This document shows positions 44,809-55,632 of a stretch of DNA of 64,000 nt, piece by piece (the stretch's first letter is position 1; every line of letters starts with the position of its first letter). The notes under the pieces were generated by a model. That model did not search any database. It saw only the letters and a program-made list of their open reading frames with translations, and was not told where the DNA came from. Source of the DNA: Christensenellales bacterium (GTDB lineage Bacteria; Bacillota; Clostridia; Christensenellales; CAG-138); the NCBI GenBank assembly GCA_045114775.1, contig JBGULC010000023.1:17364-81363 (forward strand), given 5' to 3'. The translations under genes and the position numbers were made by a program.

Positions 44809-46900
44809 CGCTCTTTTTGCTTCTTCTGAGGATCTCCTTGCAGTTCGGGTCCGCGCACTGGATGAACGTGCCGTTCTGTCCGTGCTTCTGCACCATCATG
44901 CCGCCGCATTTCGGGCACTTTGTTTTGACCGGCAGATCCCAGCTCGTGAAATCGCAGTCCGGATACCGCTCGCAGCCGTAGAAGACCTTCTTTTTGCCGT
45001 GCTTTTTCACGATCGCCGCGCCGCACTTCGGGCACAGAACGCCTTCGACCTTCTCGACGATCGACTTCGTGTTGCGGCAGGTCGGGAAATTCGGGCACGC
45101 CAGGAACTTGCCGAAGCGGCCCATCTTATAGACCATCATCGCGCCGCATTTCTCGCACGGGATATCGGAAACCTCGTCGGGGATCTTGATCTTTTCCGCG
45201 TTCTTCTCGGCGGTCTCGACCGTCTGCATGAACGGGCCGTAGAACTCGCCGACGACGCCCTGCCACTTTTCGGAGCCGTCCTCGACGGAGTCGAGCTCCT
45301 CCTCCATGTTCGCGGTGAACGCGATGTCCACGATGTCCGGAAAGCTCGATTTCATCAGTCCCGTGACCGCAAAGCCGAGCTCGGTCGGCGCCAGGGATTT
45401 CTTCTCGCGCATGATGTAGCCGCGGTCGACGATCGTCGAGATCGTCGGCGAATAGGTGGACGGACGTCCGATGCCCTTTTCCTCGAGCGTTTTGACGAGC
45501 GTCGCCTCAGTGTAGCGGGACGGCGGCTGCGTGAACTTCTGCTGGCCTTCGAGCTTTTCCTTCTTGAATTTATCGCCCTCGGCGATCGGCGGGAGCTGTA
45601 CGACGTCCTCGTCGTCCAGGTCCTTGCTCTCGGTGTAGACCGCGGAGAAGCCCGCAAAGCGCACGTGCGAACCGGTCGCCTTGAACTGCGCGCCGTTCGC
45701 GTCGAACGTGACGGCGGTCTGATCCAGCACCGCGTCGCTCATCTGACTTGCCAGGAAGCGCTCGTAGACGAGCTTGTAAAGCTTATACTGATCGCTCGAA
45801 AGGAAGGGCTTCAGCGTCTTCGGATCGTTCTTTACGTCGGTCGGACGGATCGCCTCGTGCGCGTCCTGCGCGTTGCGGCGTCCGCGGTAAACGTTCGGCG
45901 TTTTGGGCATATACGCCTCGCCGAAAGTCTCCAGAATGTAGCTGCGCGCCGCCTTCTGCGCCTCGTCCGCGATGCGGACCGAGTCGGTACGGATGTAGGT
46001 AATGAGACCCGTCGCGCCCTTCTTGCCGATCTCCACGCCTTCATAGAGCTGCTGCGCGACCATCATGGTGCGCTTGGTCGTAAAGCCGAGCTTTCTGGAA
46101 GCGTCCTGCTGCATGCTCGACGTCGTGAACGGCGGCGCGGCGTGCTTATGCTTTTCGCCCGTCTTCACCTCGGTCGCGGTGAAGTCCGCATCGCCGACGC
46201 GTTCGATGACCGCGTTCGTCTGCGCTTCGGTTTTGAGATCGACCTTATTCCCGTCCGTTCCGAAGAAGCGCACGTCGAACGTCTTTTTGCCGCCCGCCTT
46301 GAGCTTTGCCGTGAGCGTCCAGTATTCCTCCGGCACGAACGCGTTGATCTCGTCCTCGCGATCGCATACGATGCGCGTCGCGACCGACTGCACGCGGCCC
46401 GCGGACAGACCCTTGCGGATCTTGACCCACAGGATCGGGCTGATCTTGTAGCCCACGATGCGGTCCAGGACGCGTCTTGCCTGCTGCGCGTCGACGAGGT
46501 CCATGTTGATCGTGCGCGGCTTTTTGATCGCGTTTTTGACCGCGTTCGCCGTGATCTCGTGGAACTCGATGCGGCACTTGCTCTTCGTGTCGAGCTTCAG
46601 TATCTGCGCCAGATGCCAGGAGATCGCTTCGCCCTCGCGGTCAGGGTCCGTCGCCAGAAGGACGCGATCGGCTTCTTTCGCTTCCTTCTTGATGCGTTCC
46701 AGCACGTCCCCGCGGCCGCGGAGCGTGATATATTTCGGTTCAAATTCATGCGCGACGTCGACGCCGAGCTGTGATTTCGGCAGGTCGCGGACGTGACCGT
46801 TGCTTGCCACGACCTTGAATTTGCCGCCCAAAAACTTTCCGATCGTCTTTGCCTTTGCCGGCGACTCGACGATCACCAGCGTGTTTTTCGTTTCTGCCAT
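44801..46900 (-). CDS. topA: DNA topoisomerase I
   Basis: Toprim domain ([13 protein letters not shown]) and C-terminal CxxC zinc ribbons. Confidence 0.9.
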   Translation of the reverse strand: MAETKNTLVIVESPAKAKTIGKFLGGKFKVVASNGHVRDLPKSQLGVDVAHEFEPKYITLRGRGDVLERIKKEAKEADRVLLATDPDREGEAISWHLAQILKLDTKSKCRIEFHEITANAVKNAIKKPRTINMDLVDAQQARRVLDRIVGYKISPILWVKIRKGLSAGRVQSVATRIVCDREDEINAFVPEEYWTLTAKLKAGGKKTFDVRFFGTDGNKVDLKTEAQTNAVIERVGDADFTATEVKTGEKHKHAAPPFTTSSMQQDASRKLGFTTKRTMMVAQQLYEGVEIGKKGATGLITYIRTDSVRIADEAQKAARSYILETFGEAYMPKTPNVYRGRRNAQDAHEAIRPTDVKNDPKTLKPFLSSDQYKLYKLVYERFLASQMSDAVLDQTAVTFDANGAQFKATGSHVRFAGFSAVYTESKDLDDEDVVQLPPIAEGDKFKKEKLEGQQKFTQPPSRYTEATLVKTLEEKGIGRPSTYSPTISTIVDRGYIMREKKSLAPTELGFAVTGLMKSSFPDIVDIAFTANMEEELDSVEDGSEKWQGVVGEFYGPFMQTVETAEKNAEKIKIPDEVSDIPCEKCGAMMVYKMGRFGKFLACPNFPTCRNTKSIVEKVEGVLCPKCGAAIVKKHGKKKVFYGCERYPDCDFTSWDLPVKTKCPKCGGMMVQKHGQNGTFIQCADPNCKEILRRSKKSDE

Positions 46901-46918
46901 AATAGAACTCCTCTTGCG

Positions 46919-48064
46919 TTATTGGTCGAACGTTACGACCGTGTGGATGGTATCGAGCGCGTAAATACGGCCCGGAAGCTGTTTGATGACCTCGGAAAAG
47001 AGCAGCCGCGTCAGCGCTGCGTTGAGGTCCTGCGCGGAGCAGTCGATCCATTCGAGCAGCTCGTCTGCGTTCTTCTCCCCCTGCAGAAGCGCCATGTAGA
47101 TCTCCTGTCCGATCGCGCCGAGCGAGGTGAACGTGACCTTCTTTGCCGCCCCGTTCAGCACGTCGTCGCCGGCGTCGTCCGTAAACTCGATCAAAATATC
47201 CGCCGCGCAGGTCACGGGCTTCGCCTCGCCGCGCGTGATCATGCGGTTCGTGCCCACGCTCATCGGATCCGTGATGCGTCCCGGCACCGCAAAGACCTCG
47301 CGGCCCTGCTCACGGGCGCAGTCCGCCGTGATTGACGTGCCGCTGCGCTCGCCCGCCTCGATCACCACGACCCCGCGGGAAAGCCCTGACAGAATGCGGT
47401 TGCGGATCGGGAAATTGTGCGTAAGCGGCGGCGTCTTCGGCAGGAACTCGGTGACGAGCGCGCCGCCTTTTTCCAGGACGCTCTGATACAGCGCGCCGTT
47501 GTTCTGCGGATAGGTGACGTCGATCCCGCAGCCTAAGACCCCGATCACGGGGCAGCTCGACGAGCCCGCCGAAAGCGCGCCCTTCGCCGCGGCCGAGTCG
47601 ATCCCCGCGGCAAGCCCGGTCACGACCGTCGCCCCGCGCTCCGCAAGCTGCTCGCCCAGTAGCTTCGCGACTTCGCGGCCGTAATCGGTGCAGTTTCGCG
47701 CGCCGACCACGGCGATCGGAAAGCTCAGCTCCTTCGGCAGCGTGCCTTTCACGAAGAGTACAGAAGGTGGATCGTAGATCTCGGAGAGCAGCGCCGGGTA
47801 TTCCTCCGACTCCGCCGTGACGACCACGACCCCGTTCCGCTCGAGCCACGCGCAGTAGCGATCCAGAAACCGGTCGTCCGCCGCGGCGATCAGCCGATCC
47901 TTTACGGTCCCGGACACGTCCGAAAACTGCGCAAAGTCCTTACGGAGGACCGCCTCGCGCGCTTCCGAAAGATCGTCGAAGCGGGAAAGCAGTTCAAAGA
48001 ACAGCTTCGGATTCGTGCTCGTCGCGTAGTTGAGCCACAGCCAGAGCCGCGTCGTTTCGTCCAT
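46919..48064 (-). CDS. dprA: DNA processing protein DprA
   Basis: DprA Rossmann-like core (VVSGLA.GID family pattern). ATG 48064. The track start at 48067 is a TTG. Confidence 0.85.
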   Translation of the reverse strand: MDETTRLWLWLNYATSTNPKLFFELLSRFDDLSEAREAVLRKDFAQFSDVSGTVKDRLIAAADDRFLDRYCAWLERNGVVVVTAESEEYPALLSEIYDPPSVLFVKGTLPKELSFPIAVVGARNCTDYGREVAKLLGEQLAERGATVVTGLAAGIDSAAAKGALSAGSSSCPVIGVLGCGIDVTYPQNNGALYQSVLEKGGALVTEFLPKTPPLTHNFPIRNRILSGLSRGVVVIEAGERSGTSITADCAREQGREVFAVPGRITDPMSVGTNRMITRGEAKPVTCAADILIEFTDDAGDDVLNGAAKKVTFTSLGAIGQEIYMALLQGEKNADELLEWIDCSAQDLNAALTRLLFSEVIKQLPGRIYALDTIHTVVTFDQ

Positions 48065-48117
48065 CAAACCGCCTCTCCCTTCTTCGAAAACCGTGCAAAT
48101 AAGCGAATGCTTATACT

Positions 48118-48259
48118 TGCCTTCCCCTTGAGGGGAAGGTGCCGTCAGGCGGATGAGGTGTAAAGCGCCGCGTTGGTTTCATCCGCAAAAGCTGACGCTT
48201 TTTGCGTGTCCACCTCATCAGTCACCTTCGGTGACAGCTTCCCCACAAAGGGGAAGCCA
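48118..48259. repeat. GC-rich multi-hairpin interspersed repeat, copy B (inverted relative to copy A)
   Basis: Hairpins CCTTCCCC/GGGGAAGG, GCAAAAGC/GCTTTTTGC, GTCACC/GGTGAC, GCTTCCCC/GGGGAAGC. Positions 48213-48245 are the reverse complement of 8592-8624. Confidence 0.6.
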
Positions 48260-48420
48260 AGAATAGACTGCCAATCTCTGTACTGAATCTATTTGCATCA
48301 TTATGATGTACTCCGCAGACAAGACCCGAAGGTTCCTTCTGAGAATACTTCGGAACATATCATAGCATGAACGTTTTCGGATTTCAATCCTATTTATATA
48401 TGCAAATGTGACAAAATCGA

Positions 48421-48449
48421 AACAAAAACCGCACGGGAACCCCGTGCGG
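48421..48449 (-). terminator. Intrinsic terminator after comM
   Basis: CCGCACGGG-AAC-CCCGTGCGG stem, with TTTTTGTT on the minus strand. Confidence 0.7.
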
Positions 48450-48466
48450 CTTAAAATTTTGTCGAT

Positions 48467-49990
48467 TTATAAGTCCGAAAGCATCGTCATGCTGCGGTAC
48501 TGGATCGCCTCGGCGTAGTGTTCGGGGCGGATCTCCGGGCTCATTTCAAGGTCTGCGATCGTACGGGCGACCTTCAAAACGCGCTGATACGCGCGCGCCG
48601 AAAGCTGCAGGCGCTTGAACGCGTCGCGGAGAAGCTTTTCGGATTCTCCGGTGGGATTGCAGTATCTTCGGATCAGCGGTCCGTTCATCTCCGCGTTGGT
48701 GCGGATGCCGTCCGCCTTGAACCGCTCGCGCTGGATCGCCCTTGCCGCGGTCACGCGGGCGCGCACGGTCTCCGAGCTTTCCGCAGGCTTGCGATCCGTG
48801 ATCTCGCGATAGCCGACCTCGGTCATTTCGATGTGCAGGTCGATGCGGTCGAGCAAAGGTCCGCTGATGCGTCCGGCGTAGCGCTTGATCTGCACCGCCG
48901 AGCAGGTGCACGGCTTTGTGCGCGAGCCGCGGTTGCCGCACGGACACGGGTTCATTGCCGCAACGAGCAGGAACCGTGCGGGGTACGTCGCCGTCGCCGC
49001 TGCGCGGCTGACGGTCACAAATCCGTCCTCCAGGGGCTGCCTGAGCGATTCGAGCACGCTCCGCTGAAACTCCGGCAACTCGTCCAAAAACAGTACGCCG
49101 TTGTGCGCAAGGCTGATCTCGCCGGGCATGGCGCGCGTGCCGCCGCCGATCAGCGAAGCCGCGCTCGCGCCATGGTGCGGGGCGCGGAACGGACGCTCGG
49201 TGATAAGGCCCTCCGTCCCCTTCATCGCGCCGGTGATCGAATGGATCTTCGTGGTCTCCAGCGCCTCCTCGAACGTCATCTCCGGCAGGATCGACGGGAT
49301 CGCGCGGGCAAGCATCGTCTTGCCGCTGCCGGGCGTGCCGCAAAGCAGGATGTTGTGATTGCCGGCGACCGCGACCTCCGCCGCGCGCTTGGCCGCCTCC
49401 TGCCCCTTGATCTCGGAAAAATCGACCGCATTCCGGTATGTGCCGCCGCAAAACGGCTTCGGCTCAGCCGGTGTGATCGGCGTTTCGCCGCGCAGATGCT
49501 GCACGAGCGAAGCAAGGCTTTCGACCGGAAAGACCGTGGCGCCGCGGATGTACGCCGCCTCCGCCGCGTTGTCCTTCGGCACATAGAAGACGGAATACCC
49601 CTTATCGTACGCGTCGATCAGCATCGGCAGAATGCCGGAGATCGGACGCACTGCGCCGTCCAAAGCAAGCTCGCCGAGCACGATCATGCCCTTCGGCGTC
49701 GGCTTCAGCGCGCCGTCCGCTTCGAGGATCGACAGCGCGATCGGCAGATCGTAAACCGAGCCTTCCTTTTTGAGATCGGCAGGCGCAAGGTTGACCGTGA
49801 TACGCGCCTGCGGAAACATGAAGCCGGAGTGCCGGATCGCCGCATGCACGCGTTCGCGCGATTCGCGGACTGCCGCGTCGGGCAGGCCCACCATCTCATA
49901 GTTCGGCAGTCCCGATGCGATATCCGTTTCCACCGTGACCGGATAGCCGTTCAGCGCAACGAGTCCGTAGCTCTCCACCTTCGCCAGCAT
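48467..49990 (-). CDS. comM: YifB/ComM family Mg-chelatase-like AAA+ ATPase
   Basis: 507 aa with [11 protein letters not shown] Walker A and a Lon-like N-terminal domain. Confidence 0.85.
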   Translation of the reverse strand: MLAKVESYGLVALNGYPVTVETDIASGLPNYEMVGLPDAAVRESRERVHAAIRHSGFMFPQARITVNLAPADLKKEGSVYDLPIALSILEADGALKPTPKGMIVLGELALDGAVRPISGILPMLIDAYDKGYSVFYVPKDNAAEAAYIRGATVFPVESLASLVQHLRGETPITPAEPKPFCGGTYRNAVDFSEIKGQEAAKRAAEVAVAGNHNILLCGTPGSGKTMLARAIPSILPEMTFEEALETTKIHSITGAMKGTEGLITERPFRAPHHGASAASLIGGGTRAMPGEISLAHNGVLFLDELPEFQRSVLESLRQPLEDGFVTVSRAAATATYPARFLLVAAMNPCPCGNRGSRTKPCTCSAVQIKRYAGRISGPLLDRIDLHIEMTEVGYREITDRKPAESSETVRARVTAARAIQRERFKADGIRTNAEMNGPLIRRYCNPTGESEKLLRDAFKRLQLSARAYQRVLKVARTIADLEMSPEIRPEHYAEAIQYRSMTMLSDL

Positions 49991-49993
49991 CGT

Positions 49994-50515
49994 TCAGTCC
50001 TCCGTCTTCTCAGTCGGTTCTTCCTTCGGCTCGTCTTCGCGTCTTCTGAACACAAGCAGCTTGTTGCCGATGAAGTTCACGATCAGTGCGACGCCGGTCG
50101 ACAGGACCGTGCAGAAGAAGTCGCCGCTGACGATCTTCGTGAACCAGTTCTCGCCAAGTGTGCGCATCCACCACGCGTCAAGTCCGCAAACGTTCTTGAA
50201 CAGGTACATCAGCCCGAGCGATAAGCCGAGCGTCACGAGATTGACCGCAACGAACAGAACGATCTCCCGCGCGTCGCGGCGGCGCTCCTCGCGGAACGTC
50301 CAGCGCGAATTCCAGAAATAGCTGTTCGCGATGCCGCAGGCGTAGCCGATGACCTTCGGCAGATAGTACGTCAGGATCGGCGCTGCGGAAAACGTGCCGA
50401 ACAGCGCCTGCAGCGCACGGCAGACGATCAGATCGACCACCGTGTTCGAAACGCCGATGAGCCCGAATTTCAAAAGCTGCAGAAAGCTTTTTTTGCCGTT
50501 ATCCGATGTCGACAT
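49994..50515 (-). CDS. GtrA-family membrane protein
   Basis: About 170 aa with 4 TM segments and FGLIGVSNTVVD near the N-terminus. ATG 50515 overlaps the upstream gene by 17 nt. Confidence 0.75.
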   Translation of the reverse strand: MSTSDNGKKSFLQLLKFGLIGVSNTVVDLIVCRALQALFGTFSAAPILTYYLPKVIGYACGIANSYFWNSRWTFREERRRDAREIVLFVAVNLVTLGLSLGLMYLFKNVCGLDAWWMRTLGENWFTKIVSGDFFCTVLSTGVALIVNFIGNKLLVFRRREDEPKEEPTEKTED

Positions 50516-52658
50516 AATAGACCTTTCCGAACGGCGCAAGCACGTTCTCGATAAATCTTGCGTACGTCTTCGAGCACGGGATACCCGAGATCGCGGGAAG
50601 CATCAGCAGGAACACGAGCACCGTGACGCACAGCCACGCCCATTTGAGCCACGAAAGCCGCGGATATTTCTTCTCTGCGCCGTACAGCAGCAGCAGCGTC
50701 AGCAGCATCATGAACGGAATCGTGGAGAAATAGTGGTACAGGAACACGCACCGCGTGACCAGTGCCCACGGCAGCAGCCCCGCAAGAATGCCCGTGAACA
50801 CGACGAGGAACGCGCGATTCCTTCGCCATTCCGGGTTCCTGAACCATCCCACGACCGCAAAGACCGCGCCGAACGCCGTTGCGTACCACAGAGCGGGATT
50901 GCCCGTGCTGGAGATGTTGGAAATGAAGTATTCCTTGCCGACCGTCGCGCCGCCGGAATAGAACCAGACGGATTTCTGCATCAGCGGCCACTGATACCAC
51001 ATCGACTGACACGGATGCGTGGCAACGAGATACGCGTGATAGTCGTACATATAGCACTGCCGCTTCCACAGCGTTTCGAGCTGGTCCTTCAGGGTCGCGC
51101 AATTGCCGTTGATGTAGTAGCAGTAGTTCGTAGCCGCATACAGCGTGATCGGGATCACGATGAAGAACAGGCAGCACCACACCGGCGTCATCAGAACGTT
51201 GTTGAGCGAAAGGTCGACGTCCTTCCGTTTTCTGAGCACAAGCCGGAACACGACCGCCGACACGATCGCGATCCCGACGAGGACCAGAAGCGTCACCCAG
51301 AACCACTTGGCAAAAAGGACCTTGCGGATCGTATCGACGCCCGCGCGCTCCGCATCAAGCACCCAGACCGCCTTGCCGTCGATGTATTTCATCTTCCGAT
51401 ATTCCGCCCAGTCGCACCACTTGCCGCCGATATGCATGCCCGTCACGACGAGCGTAAACAGCACGGGCAGGTATGCGATCACGTTGACGGGAAGCTTTTT
51501 ACGATCCTCCCCCGGTGTTTTGAAATGCTGCTTCAGGATGTGAACGACGTTGTAGATCAGATCGCCGAAGTACAGCACCGCGAGCCCGCCGCCGGAATAG
51601 AGGCAGGTCCATTTCGAGGACACGCCGAACCCGAACATCAAGCCCGAAAGTCCTAAAAGCGCAATCTTTTTCCAATAGGGGCGCTTCTCGAAATCCTCCG
51701 CGATGTAATCGCCCATGAACAGGAACATCAGCAACGTGAAGAACAGCGCGTAGGTGTCGATCGTTGCGATGCGCGTCTGCGCGAAGTGCATCCCGTCGGC
51801 CGCAAACAGCGCCGCGGTGATGAACGCAAAGTCCGTGCGGCGGAAGATCCGCTTGCCGAACACATACAGCACCGCAAGGATCAGCACGCCGAAGAACGTG
51901 CCCGCAAACCGCCAGCCAAACGGCGTCATGCCGAACACGCGAACGCCGAGCGCAATGAACAGCTTGCCGAGCGTCGGATGCGTCGTCTCATAGATCGTAT
52001 ATCCGTCCCGCGCGGCGGTTTCAAGCCCCTCGGCGCGCAGAAGATCGTCGTTCTTCACGATCTCGTATGCCGTGCGCGCATGGTAGATCTCGTCGAAATA
52101 CATCCCGTCAAGGTATGACGGCTCCGTCGTTACGGCGCTCTGCTCGTCCAGAAGGCGTTCCGCGCCGCCCTGCGGGTTATAGATCGTTGCGGGAAGCAGC
52201 TCGCTGCCGTTCAGCACCGCGATCTCGTTGATCTCCACGTGACCGCTTTCCACGTACAGGACCAGATACTGCGCCTGCGTGTAGACCGACGCCTTTTCCC
52301 AGCGGAACATATCGCCCTCCTCCTGCGAAAACACCTCGAGCGGTTCCGTGCGCTCCGGCTCGAAATATTCCTCTCCGAACGAGCTCTCGTCGTAGATCGC
52401 GATATCGCCGTTTCCGATGCCGCCGAAGAAAGAAATCGCGGTAACGTCCCTGGTCTCACCGAGATCGACGATCACGGCGGTTCCGGAATCCGCCTTCCAA
52501 AGCGTCTGCGGCGCGCGGAGCGAACCGAGGTTCAGAAACGCAAAGAGCGAATACACAGCCAAAAGGATTGCAAGCAGAATATAATCAAGCTTGTTGAGCC
52601 GCCGTCCGTCTTCTTTCCGGATCTCGCTGCGAAGCTTTTTAAAGTCCATTCTGCTCAC
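50499..52658 (-). CDS. PMT/GT39-like (GT-C) membrane glycosyltransferase with an extracytoplasmic discoidin-like insert
   Basis: The YFDEIYHARTAYE loop motif is typical of the PMT_2 family. Many TM helices. The N-proximal soluble segment has F5/8-type-C-like character. Confidence 0.75.
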   Translation of the reverse strand: MSRMDFKKLRSEIRKEDGRRLNKLDYILLAILLAVYSLFAFLNLGSLRAPQTLWKADSGTAVIVDLGETRDVTAISFFGGIGNGDIAIYDESSFGEEYFEPERTEPLEVFSQEEGDMFRWEKASVYTQAQYLVLYVESGHVEINEIAVLNGSELLPATIYNPQGGAERLLDEQSAVTTEPSYLDGMYFDEIYHARTAYEIVKNDDLLRAEGLETAARDGYTIYETTHPTLGKLFIALGVRVFGMTPFGWRFAGTFFGVLILAVLYVFGKRIFRRTDFAFITAALFAADGMHFAQTRIATIDTYALFFTLLMFLFMGDYIAEDFEKRPYWKKIALLGLSGLMFGFGVSSKWTCLYSGGGLAVLYFGDLIYNVVHILKQHFKTPGEDRKKLPVNVIAYLPVLFTLVVTGMHIGGKWCDWAEYRKMKYIDGKAVWVLDAERAGVDTIRKVLFAKWFWVTLLVLVGIAIVSAVVFRLVLRKRKDVDLSLNNVLMTPVWCCLFFIVIPITLYAATNYCYYINGNCATLKDQLETLWKRQCYMYDYHAYLVATHPCQSMWYQWPLMQKSVWFYSGGATVGKEYFISNISSTGNPALWYATAFGAVFAVVGWFRNPEWRRNRAFLVVFTGILAGLLPWALVTRCVFLYHYFSTIPFMMLLTLLLLYGAEKKYPRLSWLKWAWLCVTVLVFLLMLPAISGIPCSKTYARFIENVLAPFGKVYYVDIG

Positions 52659-55218
52659 CTCCGATCGGCGTATCTGTATCTGCCTGCATCGGCGATCCGT
52701 CGTCCGCAGGATCCCTCGGATCGAAGATCAGCGCCTTGCGGAAGCTGATCGCTGTGAAGAACAGCGCCGCCCCGATCTCAAAAAGCGAGATCAGGTCGAG
52801 CATACGGTTGTGCAGCTCGCCGCCGCGGATCATGTCGATCGCGCCGGGCGAAACGACGTACATCGCGACCATCTCGTTCATGAACGCGGTGACCGTCAGC
52901 ATACAGAATGCGGCAAGTTTATAGGGATCGCGATCGTATGCATACGCAAACGCCAGCAAAAACAGCGCAGGGAAGATATAGCGCTCGTGCATATAATGCC
53001 CGAATGTGAATACCAACACCATGAACAGCGCGGCGAGCAGGAAGATCAGACCGTGATTCTCATAGAGTGCGATGCGCGCTTTGATATGCCGTACAAGATA
53101 GATCGTAAAGAGCCCCAGCACGACGACGCCCGCGCCTGCAATGCCGATCACGCCGAAGACGTGCCACGTAAGCTCGCTGCCGAACAGTTTGAAGAGCGCC
53201 GCAAGGAGCCATGTTCCGAAGAACGCGATCACTGAAAGCACAAGCGTCATTGTGCCGGCGACGGACGCGCCGCCGTCCCGGATCCAATCGATCAGTCGCT
53301 TGCGCCTGCACTCCGTGCCGACGATGTAAGCAAACATCCCCACCATCAGAAGCCCGTACAGCGGGAAATCGGAAATGGTTCTGAAAAGCGTCTGTGCACC
53401 GGTATTGTCGGATACAAAGTTCTTAGCAAGGAATCGCAGCAGCGCAAGCAGCGCCGTGAACAAGCCTGCAAAAATCAACTCAAAGAACGCAAGGTTCCGT
53501 TCGCCTTCCTTCCGTGTACGCATCCGGTCCCATGCCCGGAAGATCAGCGTCGGGAACCCGATGAGCAGCGCGACCCGTGAGAACAGCTCGTTGCATTTCA
53601 GAAGGATCTCGCCGACGTTCATTTTCGCGAACATCGGCAACGCTTCCTCCGTGCCGTCCGCAAGCGTTCTGTGCATCGGCGCCCAGTTGCCGCCGAAGAA
53701 CGTCAGGAAGTTATAGCCCTCCACGGAGGCATAATCATAACCGCTTGAAGCCTTCAGGAACATGTCCTTCATCCAGAAGAACTCCATACCCTCGCCGCGG
53801 AACAGCAGCAAGGCCAGAGCAAGCACGCCGAGCGCCGCGAACAGCGCTGCAAACGAAAAGCCCAGATGCTTCAAAAACGATCTTCGGTTCCAGGTCCAAA
53901 GACCGGTCGCTATGAACATCAGTGCGAGCACCGGTCCGAAAATCAGCGCCTGCCACTTGATAAGGATCGCAAGCGCGTAAAGAATCGCGGCAATGACGCG
54001 CAGGAACGCATACTCGCGGCTCCGGTCGAACAGCAGGAACGCGCCGATCAGCATAACGGTCAGGATCGAATCGATCTGTCCCCACGCGCCGGACAGGAAC
54101 ACTGCCGCAGGATTCAGCACGATCAGTCCCGCGAGCAGCAGCGCAAGCCCGCTGCCGAGGCGGAAGCGCTTAGCCGTCATCAGCACCAGAAGCCCGGAAA
54201 GCACGTCACAGAGGAAGGCGGGCGTCATATAAACGAACAGACGGACCGATTCCGGCGCGCCTTCGAACGCAGACGCGATCCGATACAGTAATCCGCACAC
54301 GAGCATGTAACCCGGTGGGTAGTCGCACCAGTTGTTGACATAGAAGCCGTGTGTGCCGTCCGAAACGATCCGGCTTCCCCATGCCTGCCAGCATACCATG
54401 TCCGTGGCGTGCCCCTTGAACTTTGCACAAAGCACAAACCGGATCACAAAGCCTGCGAGTACGATGATCGGGAAGATCCAATACTGTCCGATCCTCGCAT
54501 CCTTTGCCGCCGCAAGCAGCTTTGCGCGGTACAGGAAGCCGAACGCCAGCACGATCGCCGCGATCGTGCCGAGCCAGAAGATCACGGTAAAGATGTTCTC
54601 ATACTCCTCGACGGTATGCTCCTGCTCCTCTTCCTCGGCGCCTGCCGGTACGAGATTGTGGATGGAACCCGGCGCGGTCGGCGTCTTTTGCAGGCTCACA
54701 TTGCGGAACCAGGCCGTGCCCTCCGTTTCGCTCGAATACCCGCCGATGCGCAGCGCGAGCGTGACCGCTTCCTGCGACTTTGCGGTACGAAACGCAAGCT
54801 GCACCTTTGTCCAGTCGTTCGTGCCGAACAGCGGATCGGAATAGAGATAGCAGCCGTCGATGGAATAATTGTCGATCGAGAGCGTCGCGCCCTGGCCGTC
54901 CTGCACCTCCTCGGTGCGGACCTCGGCGGCGAATACATAGACCGTATCCGGCTCGATCTCGACCGTACGGCAAAGCCGGATATCGTCTGCGCCGAGCGTC
55001 TTCATGCCGAACGCGCCGTTCTCCGCAAAGGTCTTGTAACCGCCCTCGTAGGAATTGATCCACCAGCCGTTCGGGATCCCATCCTCGCCCAGATCCGTGA
55101 AATCAAAGCGGTCCGCTTCGGCATTCCCGCCCGCGGATCCCGCGTCTTTGCACGCAAACAGCCCTGCGAGCAGCAGCGCCGCAAGGAGAAGAAGCCAAAT
55201 CCGATGAAGCTTGTGCAC
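52639..55218 (-). CDS. Large GT-C-like polytopic membrane protein with N-terminal lipoprotein signal and CBM-like domain
   Basis: Lipobox LFAC, then a roughly 170-aa beta-sandwich-like CBM_4_9-type segment, then more than 12 TM helices with a WCDYPPGYM loop. Confidence 0.6.
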   Translation of the reverse strand: MHKLHRIWLLLLAALLLAGLFACKDAGSAGGNAEADRFDFTDLGEDGIPNGWWINSYEGGYKTFAENGAFGMKTLGADDIRLCRTVEIEPDTVYVFAAEVRTEEVQDGQGATLSIDNYSIDGCYLYSDPLFGTNDWTKVQLAFRTAKSQEAVTLALRIGGYSSETEGTAWFRNVSLQKTPTAPGSIHNLVPAGAEEEEQEHTVEEYENIFTVIFWLGTIAAIVLAFGFLYRAKLLAAAKDARIGQYWIFPIIVLAGFVIRFVLCAKFKGHATDMVCWQAWGSRIVSDGTHGFYVNNWCDYPPGYMLVCGLLYRIASAFEGAPESVRLFVYMTPAFLCDVLSGLLVLMTAKRFRLGSGLALLLAGLIVLNPAAVFLSGAWGQIDSILTVMLIGAFLLFDRSREYAFLRVIAAILYALAILIKWQALIFGPVLALMFIATGLWTWNRRSFLKHLGFSFAALFAALGVLALALLLFRGEGMEFFWMKDMFLKASSGYDYASVEGYNFLTFFGGNWAPMHRTLADGTEEALPMFAKMNVGEILLKCNELFSRVALLIGFPTLIFRAWDRMRTRKEGERNLAFFELIFAGLFTALLALLRFLAKNFVSDNTGAQTLFRTISDFPLYGLLMVGMFAYIVGTECRRKRLIDWIRDGGASVAGTMTLVLSVIAFFGTWLLAALFKLFGSELTWHVFGVIGIAGAGVVVLGLFTIYLVRHIKARIALYENHGLIFLLAALFMVLVFTFGHYMHERYIFPALFLLAFAYAYDRDPYKLAAFCMLTVTAFMNEMVAMYVVSPGAIDMIRGGELHNRMLDLISLFEIGAALFFTAISFRKALIFDPRDPADDGSPMQADTDTPIGGEQNGL

Positions 55219-55281
55219 GCGTCTTCCTCCGATTCAAATAGTATGATTCAGTATATCACAGCGCCGCCCGTTCGGCAACCG

Positions 55282-55632
55282 CTAAAAGGCGTTGACAATG
55301 TGGTTTACGGTCTTTTCCGGCAGAAATACCTCGATCACGTCGAAGCGCGCGGGCTGTTCGACGCCGCCGTTCGAAAGAAGCCAGCTCTCGGCCGCAAGCC
55401 TTAAAAAGCGCTGCTTGTTCCGATCCACGGCGTCCGCGGGACGGCCGTAGCTTCCCGGCGTACGTGTTTTGACCTCGACGAACACGACCGCGCCGGTGCG
55501 TTTCTCCCGTGCGATGACGTCGATCTCATGCCGGTGCGCACGCCAGTTCCGTTCGAGGATGCGGAAGCCGTGCCGCCTGAGGTAGCGTGCCGCGAGGTCC
55601 TCGCCGATTTTTCCCGTCTCCGCCGTATTCAT
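55282..55632 (-). CDS. yraN: YraN-family (UPF0102) endonuclease-like protein
   Basis: GEDLAARYL..GF.ILERNWR..HEIDVIA pattern. ATGA overlap with the rnhB stop codon. Confidence 0.75.
   Translation of the reverse strand: MNTAETGKIGEDLAARYLRRHGFRILERNWRAHRHEIDVIAREKRTGAVVFVEVKTRTPGSYGRPADAVDRNKQRFLRLAAESWLLSNGGVEQPARFDVIEVFLPEKTVNHIVNAF

Noticed and set aside
48260-48420. Possible MITE or small gene in the AT-rich part of the comM-dprA spacer (8-9 bp inverted ATTTGCAT / ATGCAAAT about 100 nt apart).
   Set aside because: The inverted repeats are too short to be significant and no target-site duplication is seen. No ORF with an SD is present. This is more likely dprA promoter/UTR DNA.
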